Below are positions 23,301-36,626 of a stretch of DNA of 64,000 nt, one piece after another. How positions within the stretch are numbered: the stretch's first letter is position 1; the number at the start of each line of letters is the position of its first letter. A model generated the notes under the pieces. It was not told the origin of the DNA. It worked only from the letters and a program-made list of their open reading frames with translations, and made no database searches. Origin of the DNA: Malacoraja senta. Its lineage: Eukaryota. The stretch is taken from positions 2,048,001 through 2,112,000 of the forward strand of contig CM075996.1 in NCBI GenBank assembly GCA_038087875.1, written 5' to 3'. The position numbers and the translations under genes were made by a program.

Positions 23301-26300
23301 TGTATCTATTTTTGATTTAAACCAGCATCTGCAGTTCTTTCCTACACACAAGAATCTATCTATCTCCGCCTTAAAAACATCCACTGACTTGGCCTCCACA
23401 GCCGTCTGTGGCAATGAATTCCACAGATTCACCACCCTCTGACTAAAGAAATTCCTCCTCATCTCCTTCCTAAAAGAACGTCCATTAATTCTGGGGCTGT
23501 GACCTCTAGTCCTGGACTCTCCCACTAGTGGAAGCATCCTCTCCACATCCACTCTATCCAAGCCTTATCCAAGGCATATTCACTTTGGTTTATTGGTTAA
23601 TTGGCTTGGTGTATGTGTAAAATTGTCCCCAGTGTGTGTAGGGTGGTGTTAGTGTGCGGGGATCGCTGGTCGGTGTGGGCCGAAGCGCCTGTTTCCGCGC
23701 TGAATAACTAATCTGGAGATGACTCTACAAGAGGAATCTTATAAACCAGAGACACCAGGATATGCAGATGCTGGAAACTTGAGCAAAACTCATGATCGGA
23801 GGGCAGAGTAGACTTGACTGGGCCGAATGGCCTAATTCCGCTCCTTTGACTTGTGATCTTATGATTCTCCAGGCGATCCTGAACCACACGTTCGACGATA
23901 TCGAGAGCTTCATGGCCCGGCTCCAGAAAAGCGCTGAGGCCTTCAAGATTCTGGACCAGCGGAAGAAGGGCAGGATGGGCAGAAAGAAAAGCACCAAGGA
24001 AAGCGGAGGTATGCGTCAGGAAGGAACTGCAGATGCTGGAGTAACTCAGCGGGACAGGCAACATATCTGGAGAGAAGGAATGGGTGACGTTTCGGGTCGA
24101 GACACTTCTTCAGACTGAGAGTCGGGGGAGAGGGAATCAAGAGATATAGACGGTGATGTAGAGAGATATAGAACAAATGAATGAAAGATATGCAAAAAGG
24201 TAACGATGATAAAGGAAACAGGCTGTTGTTAGCTGTTTGTTAGGTGTGAACGAGAAGCTGGTGCGACTTGGGTGGGGGAGGGATGGAGAGAGGGGGGAGG
24301 GAGGAAATGCATTTATCCCGAATGCGTGACACCTGCCCTTCCAGTATCGAAGAATGACACTCACAAACGCCCACATCTCTCCTGTTGTAGATCGTAAACG
24401 AGGTAGGTTGGACCTGTTGCTTCACTCTCTGCTGCTGCTTAAATTACCACAGATCTTTTTTAACCAAAAATAGATTTATTGAAGTATTTTCAATACTATT
24501 TACATTACAATTCTGTGACTCGTGTAGCAGGGTGTGGGCAAGTTGGGCCGAAGGGCCTCTTTCAGCGCTGTCTCACTCTGTGACCAGTGTAGCTGGGACA
24601 TGTTGGCCGGTGTGGGCAAGTTGGGCCGAAGGGCCCGTTTCCACGATGTCTCACTCTGTGACTAGTGTAGCTGGGACATGTTGGCCGGTGTGGGCAAGTT
24701 GTGCCGAAGGCCCTGTTTCCATGATGTCTCACTCTGTGACCAGTGTAGCTGGGACATGTTGGCTGGTGTGGGCAAGTTGGGCCGAAGGGCCTGTTTCTGT
24801 GATGTCTCACTCTGTGACTAGTGTAGCTGGGACATGTGGGCAAGTTGGGCCGAAGGGCCTCTTTCCGCGCTGTCTCACTCTGTGACTAGTGTAGCTGGGA
24901 CATGTTGGCCGGTGTGGGCAAGTTGTGCCGAAGGGCCCGTTTCCGCGATGTCTCACTCTGTGACTCTATAACTATTATTCAAAACAAAACCCACCAACAT
25001 AGAGCAAATATTCTTAAATAACTTAGTCACAATCCTTATTAAGGATACATTCCGCCCCCCCCAGCCCAGCCCAGCGGTCCTGGAAATCCCCCAGGCTGCC
25101 CGTGGACAGCGGGTATTCCCTCTCTAGTACCTCCCGTGCGCGGACGTAACCCCCTGGAATGGGTCAGGCAGCCGGCTCGGGCAGAGCCCTCTTCCGCCTG
25201 GCGCCGTGACTCGCGGATGGCCAGCTTGGCCTGGCCCAGGAGCAACCCAACCAGGACAGCGACAGATCTTTCATGCTGTAGATAGAACATGTGGGTGGCA
25301 CAGTGGCGCAGCGGTAGAGACACGGGTTCGATCCTGACTACGGGTGCTGCCCGTACGGAGTTGGTGCGTTCTCCCCGTGACCTGCGTGGGTTTTCTCAGG
25401 CTGTTGCGCTTTCCTCCCGCACTCCAAAGACGTGCAGGTTTGTAGGTTAATTGGCTTGGTGTAAGTGTAAATTGTGTGTAGGATAGTGTTAGTGTGCGGG
25501 GTCTGAAAAAGTTGTCTCAACCCATTCCTTCTCTCCAGAGATGCTGCCTGTCCCGCTGAGTTGCTCCAAGTTGCTCTATATTCACCTACCGACCCTTTTA
25601 ACCGGGACTTTCTGCTTGCTTTCAGAGGGCATGCTGACACTGAGAGCCAGACCGCCCACTCAGGAAGAATTTGTCGAAGTCTTTCAGAAGTACAAGTACT
25701 CCTTCAGTTTGCTGGTAAGCGAGAGATCCAGCCGGGCATCTCCACGGGGGCTCTGAGCGATGGTATGGGGAGCTGATGTCTGGGACTTTCACTGTCTCCA
25801 ATCCACCCAGCTGCCGTGTACCTGCTCATAGTGCTGGCTCCTCACGGGCGTGCTAGTGTGGAACGGACTCTAGGCTTTAAGGGCCTGTCCCACTTGCGTG
25901 TCCTTGGCATTACTCAACCTCGTGGTCGCGTTGAGGTGTACAGGCACCGTGTGGCCGCGCGGGGCCGGTCCCACTGAGAAGCGCGGAGGGGTATGTAGTT
26001 GCGCGCGTCATCGAGCGGGGCTCCGAAATCTTTGTAGTGAACGAAATCTTCGCGCGCTAACGGCATGTCGCGGAACTGACGGCCAAAGTGGGACAGGCCC
26101 AAGACCCTGGCGCGACGCAACATCTCACCTTCAACGGCAGCAGAAGCAGGCAAACGATCGCCGAACTCGGCCTGGGGCTCACGGCCGTTGCGGTCCGGAT
26201 CCGCCCCCACTCCTACTCCCAGAGCGGGGCCAAAAAAATTGAAGATAGACACAAAATGCAGGAGTAACTCAGCAGGACCTGCAGCATCTCTGGAGAGAAG

Positions 26301-29300
26301 CAACGGGTGATGTTTCGGGTCAAGAACCTTCCTTCAGGCTGAAGAAGTCTCGACACGAAACATCACCCATTCCTTCTCTCCAGAGATGCTGCCGGTCCTG
26401 CTGAGTTACTCCAGCTTTGTGTCTATCTTCAAATGACGTCACGCGCTCCAGGCGGCTGTGCGGTCGAATGAAGTCGCGCCCGACCTTCGCGGGACCGTCG
26501 CGGCTCAACGCGACCACGAGGTCGCGTAATTAGCGTGCCAAGGACACGTAAGTGGGACAGGGGCTTAAGACTCTAGACTTTTAGACTTTCTTTAGAGATA
26601 CAGTGAAGACACGGGCCCTTCGGCCCACCTAGTCCATGCTAACTAGCGATCCCCCGTAACCTGGCACTAGAGACAATTTAGTTTAGTGCAGAGATACAGC
26701 GAGGAAACGGGCCATTCAGCCCACCTAGTCCATGCTAGCTAGCGATCACCCCATACACTAGCACTACCCTACACACAAGGGCAATTTAGAGTAGAGATAC
26801 AGCGAGGAAACGAGCCATTCGGCCCACCTAGTCCATGCTAGCTAGCGATCACCCCATACACTAGCACTACCCTACACACAAGGGCAATTTAGAGTAGAGA
26901 TACAGGGAGGAAACGGGCCATTCGGCCCACCTACTCCATGCTAACCACCGATCACCCCGGGCATTAGAACTACCCTACACACTAGGGACAATTTAGTTTA
27001 CTTTAGAAATACAGTGAGGAAACAGGCCCTTCGGCCCAGTGAGACCATGCTAACCAGCGATCACCCCGTACACTAGAACTACCCCACACACTAGGGACAA
27101 TTGCCTGACCTGTTCTCCAGCAAAGATATTCAGGGTCCAATGGAGGGGGTCAGGGTTGGAAGGTGACGTTGGTGTGGGGAAGGGGTCTATCCTGGCCCCT
27201 TTAATGCATCAGTCTGGAATCGATCTAACGCAAGCTCTCTCTCTCTCTCTCTCTCTCTCCTTCTCAGGCTCGTGTTAAAACCAACATTGTCAACCCCAAC
27301 GCCACGGAGCTCGTCCACTTCCTCTTCGGACCTCTCGATGTGGTAGGTGGCCATGGTTCTATCCTTGTCGTCAAGTGGTGCGGCCCTTCGGCCCATCTCG
27401 TCTGTGCCCACCCAGATGCTCCGTCTAAGCTGGTCACATTTGATCACAGCGCCAGAGGCCCGGGTTCCATCCTGACCTTTGACGCTGTCTGTGTGGAGTT
27501 TGCATGCTCTCCCCGCGTGGGTTTCCTCTGCGTTCTCCGGTTTCCCCCCTACGCTCCAAAGACGTGCGGAGTTGTCGGTTAGTCGGCCCTCTGTAAATTG
27601 CCCGCTAGAATGTGAGACAATAGACAATAGGTGCAGGAGTAGGCCATTCGGCCCTTCGAGCCAGCACCGCCATTCAATGTGATCATGGCTGATCATCCCC
27701 AATCAGTACCCCGTTCCTGCCTTCTCCCCATATCTCCTGACTCCGCTATCTTTAAGAGCCCTATCTAGCTCTCTCTTGAAAGCATCCAGAGAACCGGCCT
27801 CCACCGCCCTCTGAGGCAGAGAATTCCACAGACTCACCACTCTCTGTGTGAAAAAGTGTTTCCTCGTCCCCGTTCTAAATGGCTTGCTCCTTATTCTTAA
27901 ACTGTGTGGCCCCTGGTTCTGGACGCCCCCAACATCGGGAACATGTTTCCTGCCTCTAGCGTGTCCAAGCCCTTAACAATCTGACATGTTTCAATGGAAC
28001 TGATGTGACCAGGTGATTGACGGTCAGCATGGACTCGGTGGGCCGAAGGGCCTGTTTCCATGCCGGGTCTTTCAATCGATCCAGAACCCCGCAGCGTTGA
28101 GACGCCCATCGCCGCCGATCCTCGCCCGCGGGTGCCCGGGGCCTTGCCAGCGTTGACCGCTGTGTTCCTGCCCACAGATGGTGCAGACGGCTGGTCTGGA
28201 CGTGGCCAGTTCCGTGTCCAGCCCGTTCCTCACCAATGACGCCGTCCACCTCTTGACCAACACCCTCAACGAGACGGAGAACACACTGTGGCAGTCGCTG
28301 GGCGACCACTGGACCAAACCCAGGTAGGAGATGCCAGCCTACGCTGGCCTTGACACCTCTACCCATCTACCCACCCATCTGTTCATCCACCCACCCACCT
28401 GTTCATCCCCCCACCCATCTGTTCATCCCCCCACCCATCTGTCCATCCACCCACCCATCTCTCCATCCACCCACCCATCTCTCCATCCACCCACCCATCT
28501 CTCCATCCACCCACCCATCTCTCCATCCAACCACCCATCTCTCCATCCAACCACCCATCTCTCCATCCACCCACCCATCTCTCCATCCAACCACCCATCT
28601 CTCCATCCAACCACCCATCTCTCCATCCACCCACCCATCTCTCCATCCACCCACCCATCTCTCCATCCACCCACCCATCTCTCCATCCACCCACCCATCT
28701 CTCCATCCAACCACCCATCTCTCCATCCAACCACCCATCTCTCCATCCAACCACCCATCTCTCCATCCAACCACCCATCTCTCCACCCACCCATCTCTCC
28801 AACTCTTCTACTCTCCCAACTGCGGGTGCTGTCTGTACGGAGTTTGCATGTTCTCCCCGTGGCCTGCGTGGGTTTTCTCTGGGCGCTCCGGTTTCCGCCC
28901 ACACTCCAAAGAAGTACAGGTTTGTAGGCTAATCTGCTTCGGTAACTTATAAAATTGTCCCTAGAGGGTGTAGGATAGTGCGCGGGGGGATCGCTGGACG
29001 GCACGGGCTCGGTGGGGCCGAAGGGCCTGTTTCCACGCTGTATCTCTACAGTCTAAATCTAGATGGGGCGGTGAAGAAGGTTTCCAGCATGGCTGGCCTT
29101 CATCAGTCAGGGGGTTGAGGTTAGAAGCTGGGACATTATGTTATGTTATTAGTTTTAGATTAGAGATACAGCGCGGAAACAGGCCCTTCGGCCCAGCGAG
29201 TCGGCCCCGACCAGCGATCCCCGCACACTAACACTATCCTACACACACTAGGACAATTTTTTACATTCATACCAAGCCAATTAACCTACAAACCTGCACG

Positions 29301-32300
29301 TCTTTGGAGTGTGGGAGGAAACTGAAGATCTCGGAGAAAACCCACGCAGGGAGAACGTGCAAACTCCGTACAGACAGCACCCGTAGTCAGGATTGAACCC
29401 GGGTCTCTGGCACTGTGCTGCCGTGTACAAGACGTTGGTGAGGTGGTACTGGGAAGACCAACCTATCTGGGTCGAAGATGTCCATCCAGTGACCAGGGCC
29501 TGGCTTTGGTGGAGAGGACGAGAGAGGTCCTAGTTGAGGTGATGTAGCTTATCTCTGACCGGTCATTCTTGTGTTCCTTGCCCACAGGTTGGAGTGGCCC
29601 CCTGACCAGTGGGGTGCCCCCTACACCGCCGCCTTCCGCTCTGGGTGGGTGCCCGACCGGCTCGACCCCAACAACACCCCCTGGGATGAACCCGTCGAGC
29701 TCCAGCACAAGCACGAGTTCCTCCGCATGCAGGTAGGCATGGGGTCACGACCCCGGGGGGCCGCCCAGGTCATGGCCTTTGACCCTGGCTCATCCTCGGC
29801 AGGTCAGGTGTGAGCAGGGTGGTGTATTTGAGGTTTGAGGTCTATTCTGAGGTCCCTTCTCTATTGCCTCAGAAGATCTGTCTCCTCCTCATCCTACTGG
29901 AGGAACCTTCATCCCTAGAGTGATACAATAGACAACAGGTGCAGGAGTAGGCCATTCGGCCCTTCGAGCCGAATGGCCTACTGTGATTCAATGTGATCAT
30001 GGCTGATCATCCCCAATCAGTACCCCGTTCCTGCCTTCTCCCCATATCCCCTGACTCCGCTATCTTTAAGAGCCCTATCTAGCTCTCTCTTGAAAGCATC
30101 CAGAGAACCTGCCTCCACCGCCCTCTGAGGCAGAGAATTCCACAGACTCGCCACTCTTTGTGAGAAAAAGTGTTTCCTCGTCTCCGTTCTAAAAGGCTTA
30201 CCCCTTATTCTTAAATAGTGTGGAAACAGGCCCCTCGGCCCAACTTCCCCACACCGACCAACATGACCCATCTACAACTACCTGCATTTGGCCCCTATCC
30301 TTCTGGACCTGTCTTATCCATGTACCTGTCCCAATGTTTCTTAAGTACTAGGAGCAAAATTAGGCCATTCGGCCCATCAAGTCTACTCCACCATTCAATC
30401 ATGGCTGATCTATCGATCCTTCTCAACCCAATTCTTCTGCCTTTACTCCATGACCCTTGACACCCGCACTAGCCAAGAACCTGTCAATCTCTGCCTTAAA
30501 AAAAACCTGTAGCCTCCCTTTGATCTGGTATTTTGTTGGTTCACATGCTTGATCAATGGTGTTTTATCATTAATGTTTTATTATTATTAATGGTTAGTGT
30601 TTTCTGAGTCATTCGTAACTGTCACAGTATGTCATGTTGTTACTTGTGGGCGGAGCACCAAGGCAAATTCCTTGTATGTGAATAATTGGCCAATAAACTT
30701 ACTGACTTAAAAATACCCATTGACTTGGCCTCCATGGCCGTCTGTGGTGATGAATCCCACAGATTCACCACCCTCTGACTAAATAAATTCCTCCTCATCT
30801 CCTTCCTAAAGGTACATCCTTTTATTCTGAGGCTGTGGCCTCTAGTCCTAGACTCTCCCATTAGTGGAAATTATATTCCGCTCTATCCAGGCCTTTCATT
30901 ATTCATTATGTTTCAATGATCTACCCACCATCCTCTGTGTGGAAGAAGTTGCCCCTCTGGTTCCTATTAAACCTTTCCCATTTTACCATAATATCCTATG
31001 GTTCTTGATTCTCTTACTCTGGCGGAAAGACTCTGTCCATTCAAGCGATCTATTGCCGGCACCCGTCATAGTCGCAGCAGGTTGCCGAAAATTTTCAACA
31101 TGTTGAAAATCCAGCGGCAACCAGAAAAAGATACTTTGGGCGACTACTCGCCACCAAACGCCCGGTGAGATCTTCCCCGTAAGTAAGCAAAAGGATTTGA
31201 GTATAGGAGCAGGGAGGTTCTACTGCAGTTGTACAGGGTCTTGGTGAGACCACACCTGGAGTATTGCGTACAGTTTTGGTCTCCTAATCTGAGGAAGGAC
31301 ATTCTTGCCATAGAGGGAGTGCAGAGAAGGTTCACCAGTCCTGGGATGGCAGGACTTTCATATGAAGAAAGACTGGATAGACTCGGCTTGTACTCGCTAG
31401 AATTTAGGGGGAGATCGGATAGAAACGTACAAAATTCTTAAGGGGTTGGACAGGCTAGATGCAGGAAGATTGTTCCCGATGTTGGGGAAGTCCAGGACAA
31501 GGGGTCACAGTTTAAGGATAAGGGGGAAGTCTTTTAGAACCGAGATGAGAATTTTTTTTTCTTACAGAGAGTGGTGAATCTGTGGAACTCTCTGCCACAG
31601 AAGGTAGTTGAGGCCAGTTCATTGGCTATATTTAAGAGGGAGTTAGATGTGGCCCTTGTGGCTAAAGGGATCAGGGGGTATGGAGAGAAGGCAGGCACGG
31701 GATACTGAGTTGGATGATCAGGCATGATCACATTGAATGGCGGTGCAGGCTCGAAGGGCCGAATGGCCTCTACTCCTGCACCTATTTTCTATGTTTCTAT
31801 GTTTTCTATGTTTCTTCAGTCTGAAGAAGGGTCTCGACCCGAAGCATTGCCCATTCCTTCTCTCCAGAGGTGCTGCTGCCTGACCCGCTGAGTTACTCCA
31901 GCATTTTGTGTCTATCTTGGATATCTAAATGCATTGGTGGTGATGTCCTGTGTTAAAAAGAGAGTGGAGGTTCCAATTCCATTAACTCCCTCTGGGTGGC
32001 GGTACTGAGTCTCTAGCTGTTCCTCTTTAAGCTCAGTGCTGCCACCTGGGGGGGGGGGGCAAGCGGTAGTGCAGATTGACCACAATAAACCCTCAGGAAA
32101 AGTGCACTGATTTATACTTCACAAGAAGCTCCTATGTTCATCCCAGCTGTTGTAGAAAGTAACTGCTACCCTTCCCATAGAAAATAGGTGCAGGAGTCGG
32201 CCATTCAGCCCCCCGCTTCGAGCCAGCACCGCCATTCAATATGATCAACAGCTGATCATCCCCAATCAGTTCCCCGTTCCTGCCTTCTCCCCATATCCCT

Positions 32301-35300
32301 CGAATCCGTTAGCCCTAAGAGCTAAATCTAATTCTCTCTTGAAAACATCCAGTGAATCGGTCCCCACTGCCTTCTGTGGCAGAGAATTCCTCAGATTCAC
32401 AACTCTCTGGGTGAAGAAGTTTTTTCCCCTTCTCAGTCCTAAATAGCCGACCCCGAATGGCCTACTCCTGCACCTATTGTCTATTGACCCAGTGGGCCGA
32501 AGGGCCTGTTTCCGTGCTGTATCTCTAAACTAAACTAAACATTTTTCCTGCATCTAGCCTGTACGATCCTTTAAGAATTTTATATGTTTCCATGAGATCC
32601 CCTCCCATCCTTCTAAACCCCAGTGAACACAAGCCCGGTCGACCCATTCTTCTGACTGACTGCACGCCTTTTGTCTTGCAGCAATCTGGCCCACAGACGG
32701 TCCCCATCAAACTGACCAATGGGTAAGTGCCGCTCCTCACCCCCCACTCTGCTGGCTGGACTCTGGACGTGACAATGTGTAGGAAGGAACTGCAGATGCT
32801 GCTGATGTTATAGAGGTGTCGAAAATCAGGAGGGGAATAGAAATGGTGAATGCACACAGTGTAGGGGAATTTAAAAAAAAAATCATAGGACATAGGTTTA
32901 AGGTGAGAGGGGAACTGGAGAAGGCTGTGGAGGTCAAGTCGGATAGTGTTAAGGCAGAAGGAACTGCAGATGCTGGAAAATCGAAGGTAGACAAAAATGC
33001 TGGAGAAACTCAGCAGGACAGGCAGCATCAATGGAGCAAAGGAAATAGGTGACGTTTCGGGTCGAGACCCTTCCTCAGACTGAAGAAGGGTTTCGTCCCG
33101 AAACGTTGCCTATTTCCTTCGCTCCATAGATGCTGCCGCACCCGCTGAGTTTCTCCAGCACTTTTGTCTACCTTAAGGCAGAGATGGATAGATCGTTGAT
33201 TAGTCCAGGTGTCGGGGGTTATGGGGAGAAGGCAGCAGAATGGGATCGAGAGGGGAAAGATAGATCAGCCATGATTGAATGGTGGAATAGGCTCGATGGG
33301 CCGAATGGCCTAACTCTGCTACTATCACCTATGAGAGGCAACATTTTCCACACAGGGGATGGTGGGTGTATGGAAGGGGCTGCCAGAGGAAGTAATTGGG
33401 GCAGGCACTATGGCAGCATTTCTAGGACATTTGGACAGGACAGGTTTGGAGGGACATGGGGCAAACGCAGGCAGGTGGGACTAGTGTAGATGGCCTTCTG
33501 TGGAGTGGACGAATGGCCATTGTCTCAGGTTTCTGTCGCCAGGCTCTCCCGTCCAATGGCCCCCCGATGTTCAATGTGTGATGCCCTCATCTTGCCCCTT
33601 GCTGGGATGGATGACCATCCTTCCCTCACTCCCGTGACGCCAGGCTGAAACCCACGCCAGCTGAGACCTGAAGAGGCCCTTCGGCCCAACTCGTGCAATG
33701 CCGACCGAGATCACCCCCTCCTCCCCGCCCCCCCCCCCCCCACCACCTCCGGCATCCCAGAGTAATGGCTGTCCTTCCTCCCTCCCTCCCCTCAGGAACC
33801 ACGAGGCTCCGCAGAAGATGAGATGCAGCTACGACTTTGTGGCGCGGAATAGCAGCGAGCTCTCCGTGCTCACCGGAGAAGTGGTGGAGGTGAGTCCTCT
33901 CTGGATGACGATACCTTCTCGGAGCAGAATTAGGCCATTCGGCCCATCTAGCCGCCTACTCCGCCATTCAATCATGTCTTGTCTCTCCCTCCTAACCCCA
34001 TTCTCTGGCCTTCTCCCCATAACCCTTGACTAACCCGTACTAATCAAGAATCTATTCCTTAAAAATAGCCTTAAACCCCTGTCCCACGGTACGAGTTCAT
34101 TCCAAGAGCTCTCTCTCCCGAGTTTGCCCTGATTCGAACGCGTTGAAAAATCTTCACGAGTCTTCCCATGCTTACCTGCCGTTAGCGAGTCTCCCCGAGT
34201 ACCTGCCATTAGCGTTACGAGCTGCTAAGAGACGTCCCCGAGCTCCAACGTACCCGCTACGTTCATTCTCGTGCTTACCACGAGTTTGATTTTTTAAAAA
34301 CTGGGGAGAGCTCTTGGAATGAACTCGCACCGTGGGACAGGGCTATTAAAATGATCCAAATATCCATTGACTAGGCCTCCACAGATTCTCCACCCTCTGG
34401 TTTGGTTTGAGTTCGTGTTATGGCGTGTTGGCCGTGGTGTGTTATCGCTGACCCCGTGTGTTCTCTGCAGGTTCTGGACAACACGAAGCGCTGGTGGAAG
34501 GTTGGAAACCAGAGCGGGCAGGTGGGGTATATCCCCTTCAACATCCTGGAGCCCCTCCCCACACCTGACTCGCCGGATGACACCAGCCTGTACGCACAGG
34601 TGACCCCCAAGGTAATGCGCAGCTACCTGGCAGGTGTAACACGCGGTACTTCTGCAGCGAGGAAGAGACCGTGTTCCACGTGTGTACGTGGAGTGCGAGA
34701 GGTTGCAGCCCCTGCGCCAATATCTGAAGGGGCCGCTCCTCAAGTTGCGCTTGCGTTTTAGTCCCACGATTCGGGTATTGGGGCACAAGGGGGGAGGGGG
34801 GGATCTCCATCTCTGTCTGCTCCTGGACCTGGCCAAGATGGCCATTCGCCAGTCCAGGCAGCGGGTAGTCGATGGCCGCACCAGAGTCGGCTGCCTGCCC
34901 CTCTTCCCGTTCGACAGACTGACCGGATAGACTCGGCTTGTACTCGCTAGAATTTAGAAGATTGAGGGGGGATCTTATGGAAACGTACAAAATTCTTAAG
35001 GGGTTGGACAGGGCTAGATGCAGGAAGATTGTTGGGGAAGTCCAGAACAAGGGGTCACAGTTTAAGGATAAGGGGGAAGTCTTTTAGGACCGAGATGAGA
35101 AAAACATTTTTCACACAGAGAGTGGTGAATCTGTGGAATTCTCTGCCACAGAAGGTAGTTGAGGCCAGTTCATTGGCTATATTTAAGAGGGAGTTAGATG
35201 TGGCCCTTGTGGCTAAAGGGATCAGGGGGTATGGAGAGAAGGCAGGTACGGGATACTGAGTTGGATGATCAGCCATGATCATATTGAATGGTGGTGCTGG

Positions 35301-36580
35301 CTCGAAGGGCCGAATGGCCTACTCCTGCGCCTATTTTCTATGTTTCTATGACATCTGTGCCCGCGTGTCCCTGGAGAGGGAACATGCACATGCGGTGTCC
35401 ACGGGGACTCTGGAGGCCTTCAGTGAATGCTGATCACCGCGGGGAGTCGAGCATATAGTAGATAAAGATGCCAGTATGGAATGGCCTGATGTAATGTGAC
35501 TACTGAAAGTCTTTGTACCATTGGTACACTAAAAACCAAATGCTGAATAAAGTCCTTGTTAAGAAGGGGAAAATAGTGTGACATACAGCTGCCAGGCAGT
35601 GTAACACACAGTCTAGCCCACAGCTATCGGGCAGTGTTATCCCGTTGTACACACTAGGGACAATTTACAGATGTGAATTAACCTACAATTAATAGCCCCC
35701 TGTCCCACGGTACGAGTTCATTCCTAGAGCTCTCCTGAGTTTAAAAAAAAAAAATCGAACTCGTGGTAAGCACGGAGAATGAACGTGGTGGGTACGTCGG
35801 AGCTCGGGGACGTCTCGTAACGCTAACGGCAGGTACTCGGGAAGACTCGCTAACGGCAGGTAAGCACGGGAAGACTCGTGAAGATTTTTCAACATTATGA
35901 AAAATGTCCACGAGAGCCCCCGAGTACCGACGAGCGGCCATTACCGTAAATCTCCGAGTTGGAATCAGGGCAAACTCCCACACACACGTACACACGCAAA
36001 CAGGGGTTTTACTGTTCTAAACTGTAGCCGCCGTGCCGCGCGCGCACACACACACACACACACACAACGCTGGGCTTTGTTTTTACAGGAGTTCCGACCG
36101 AAGGCCAAGGGCACCCCTCCACCCACGCTACAGAAGAAGGTCAACATCGCTGCCGCACCCTGGGATGCAGATGCCCTGGGGGTGACACAGGTGGAAAAAG
36201 GTGAGGAGTCGGGTGGGGAAAGGCCGGGACGGAGTGTAGCCCCCACACCCCCCCCCCCCGCCCCCTCGCTGGCTAGTGGGCCCTGTGAATAACCCCCCTC
36301 CCACAGCGTGCAATCAAGTCAAGTTTATTCGTCACATACACATACGGGATGTGCAGTGAAATGAAAAGTGGCAATGCTCGCGAATTGTGCAAAAACCAAC
36401 CAAACAAAGAACAAACTACAAACAGAATGGAACAGAATCACATATTCTTTTACATATTACATATTTGTGGGAGGAAGGAAAAAGGGGTAAAAAAACAGTA
36501 GAATGGTTCAGTAAATCTGGTCCCAGTATCCAGCGCACACGTGAGATACTCTAATAACACAACACACACGCATACACATG

Positions 36581-36626
<46 letters not shown>

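Noticed and set aside
24524..27102. CRISPR-like repeat arrays
   Set aside because: No unique spacers, units are LINE/SINE tails, vertebrate context, no cas genes
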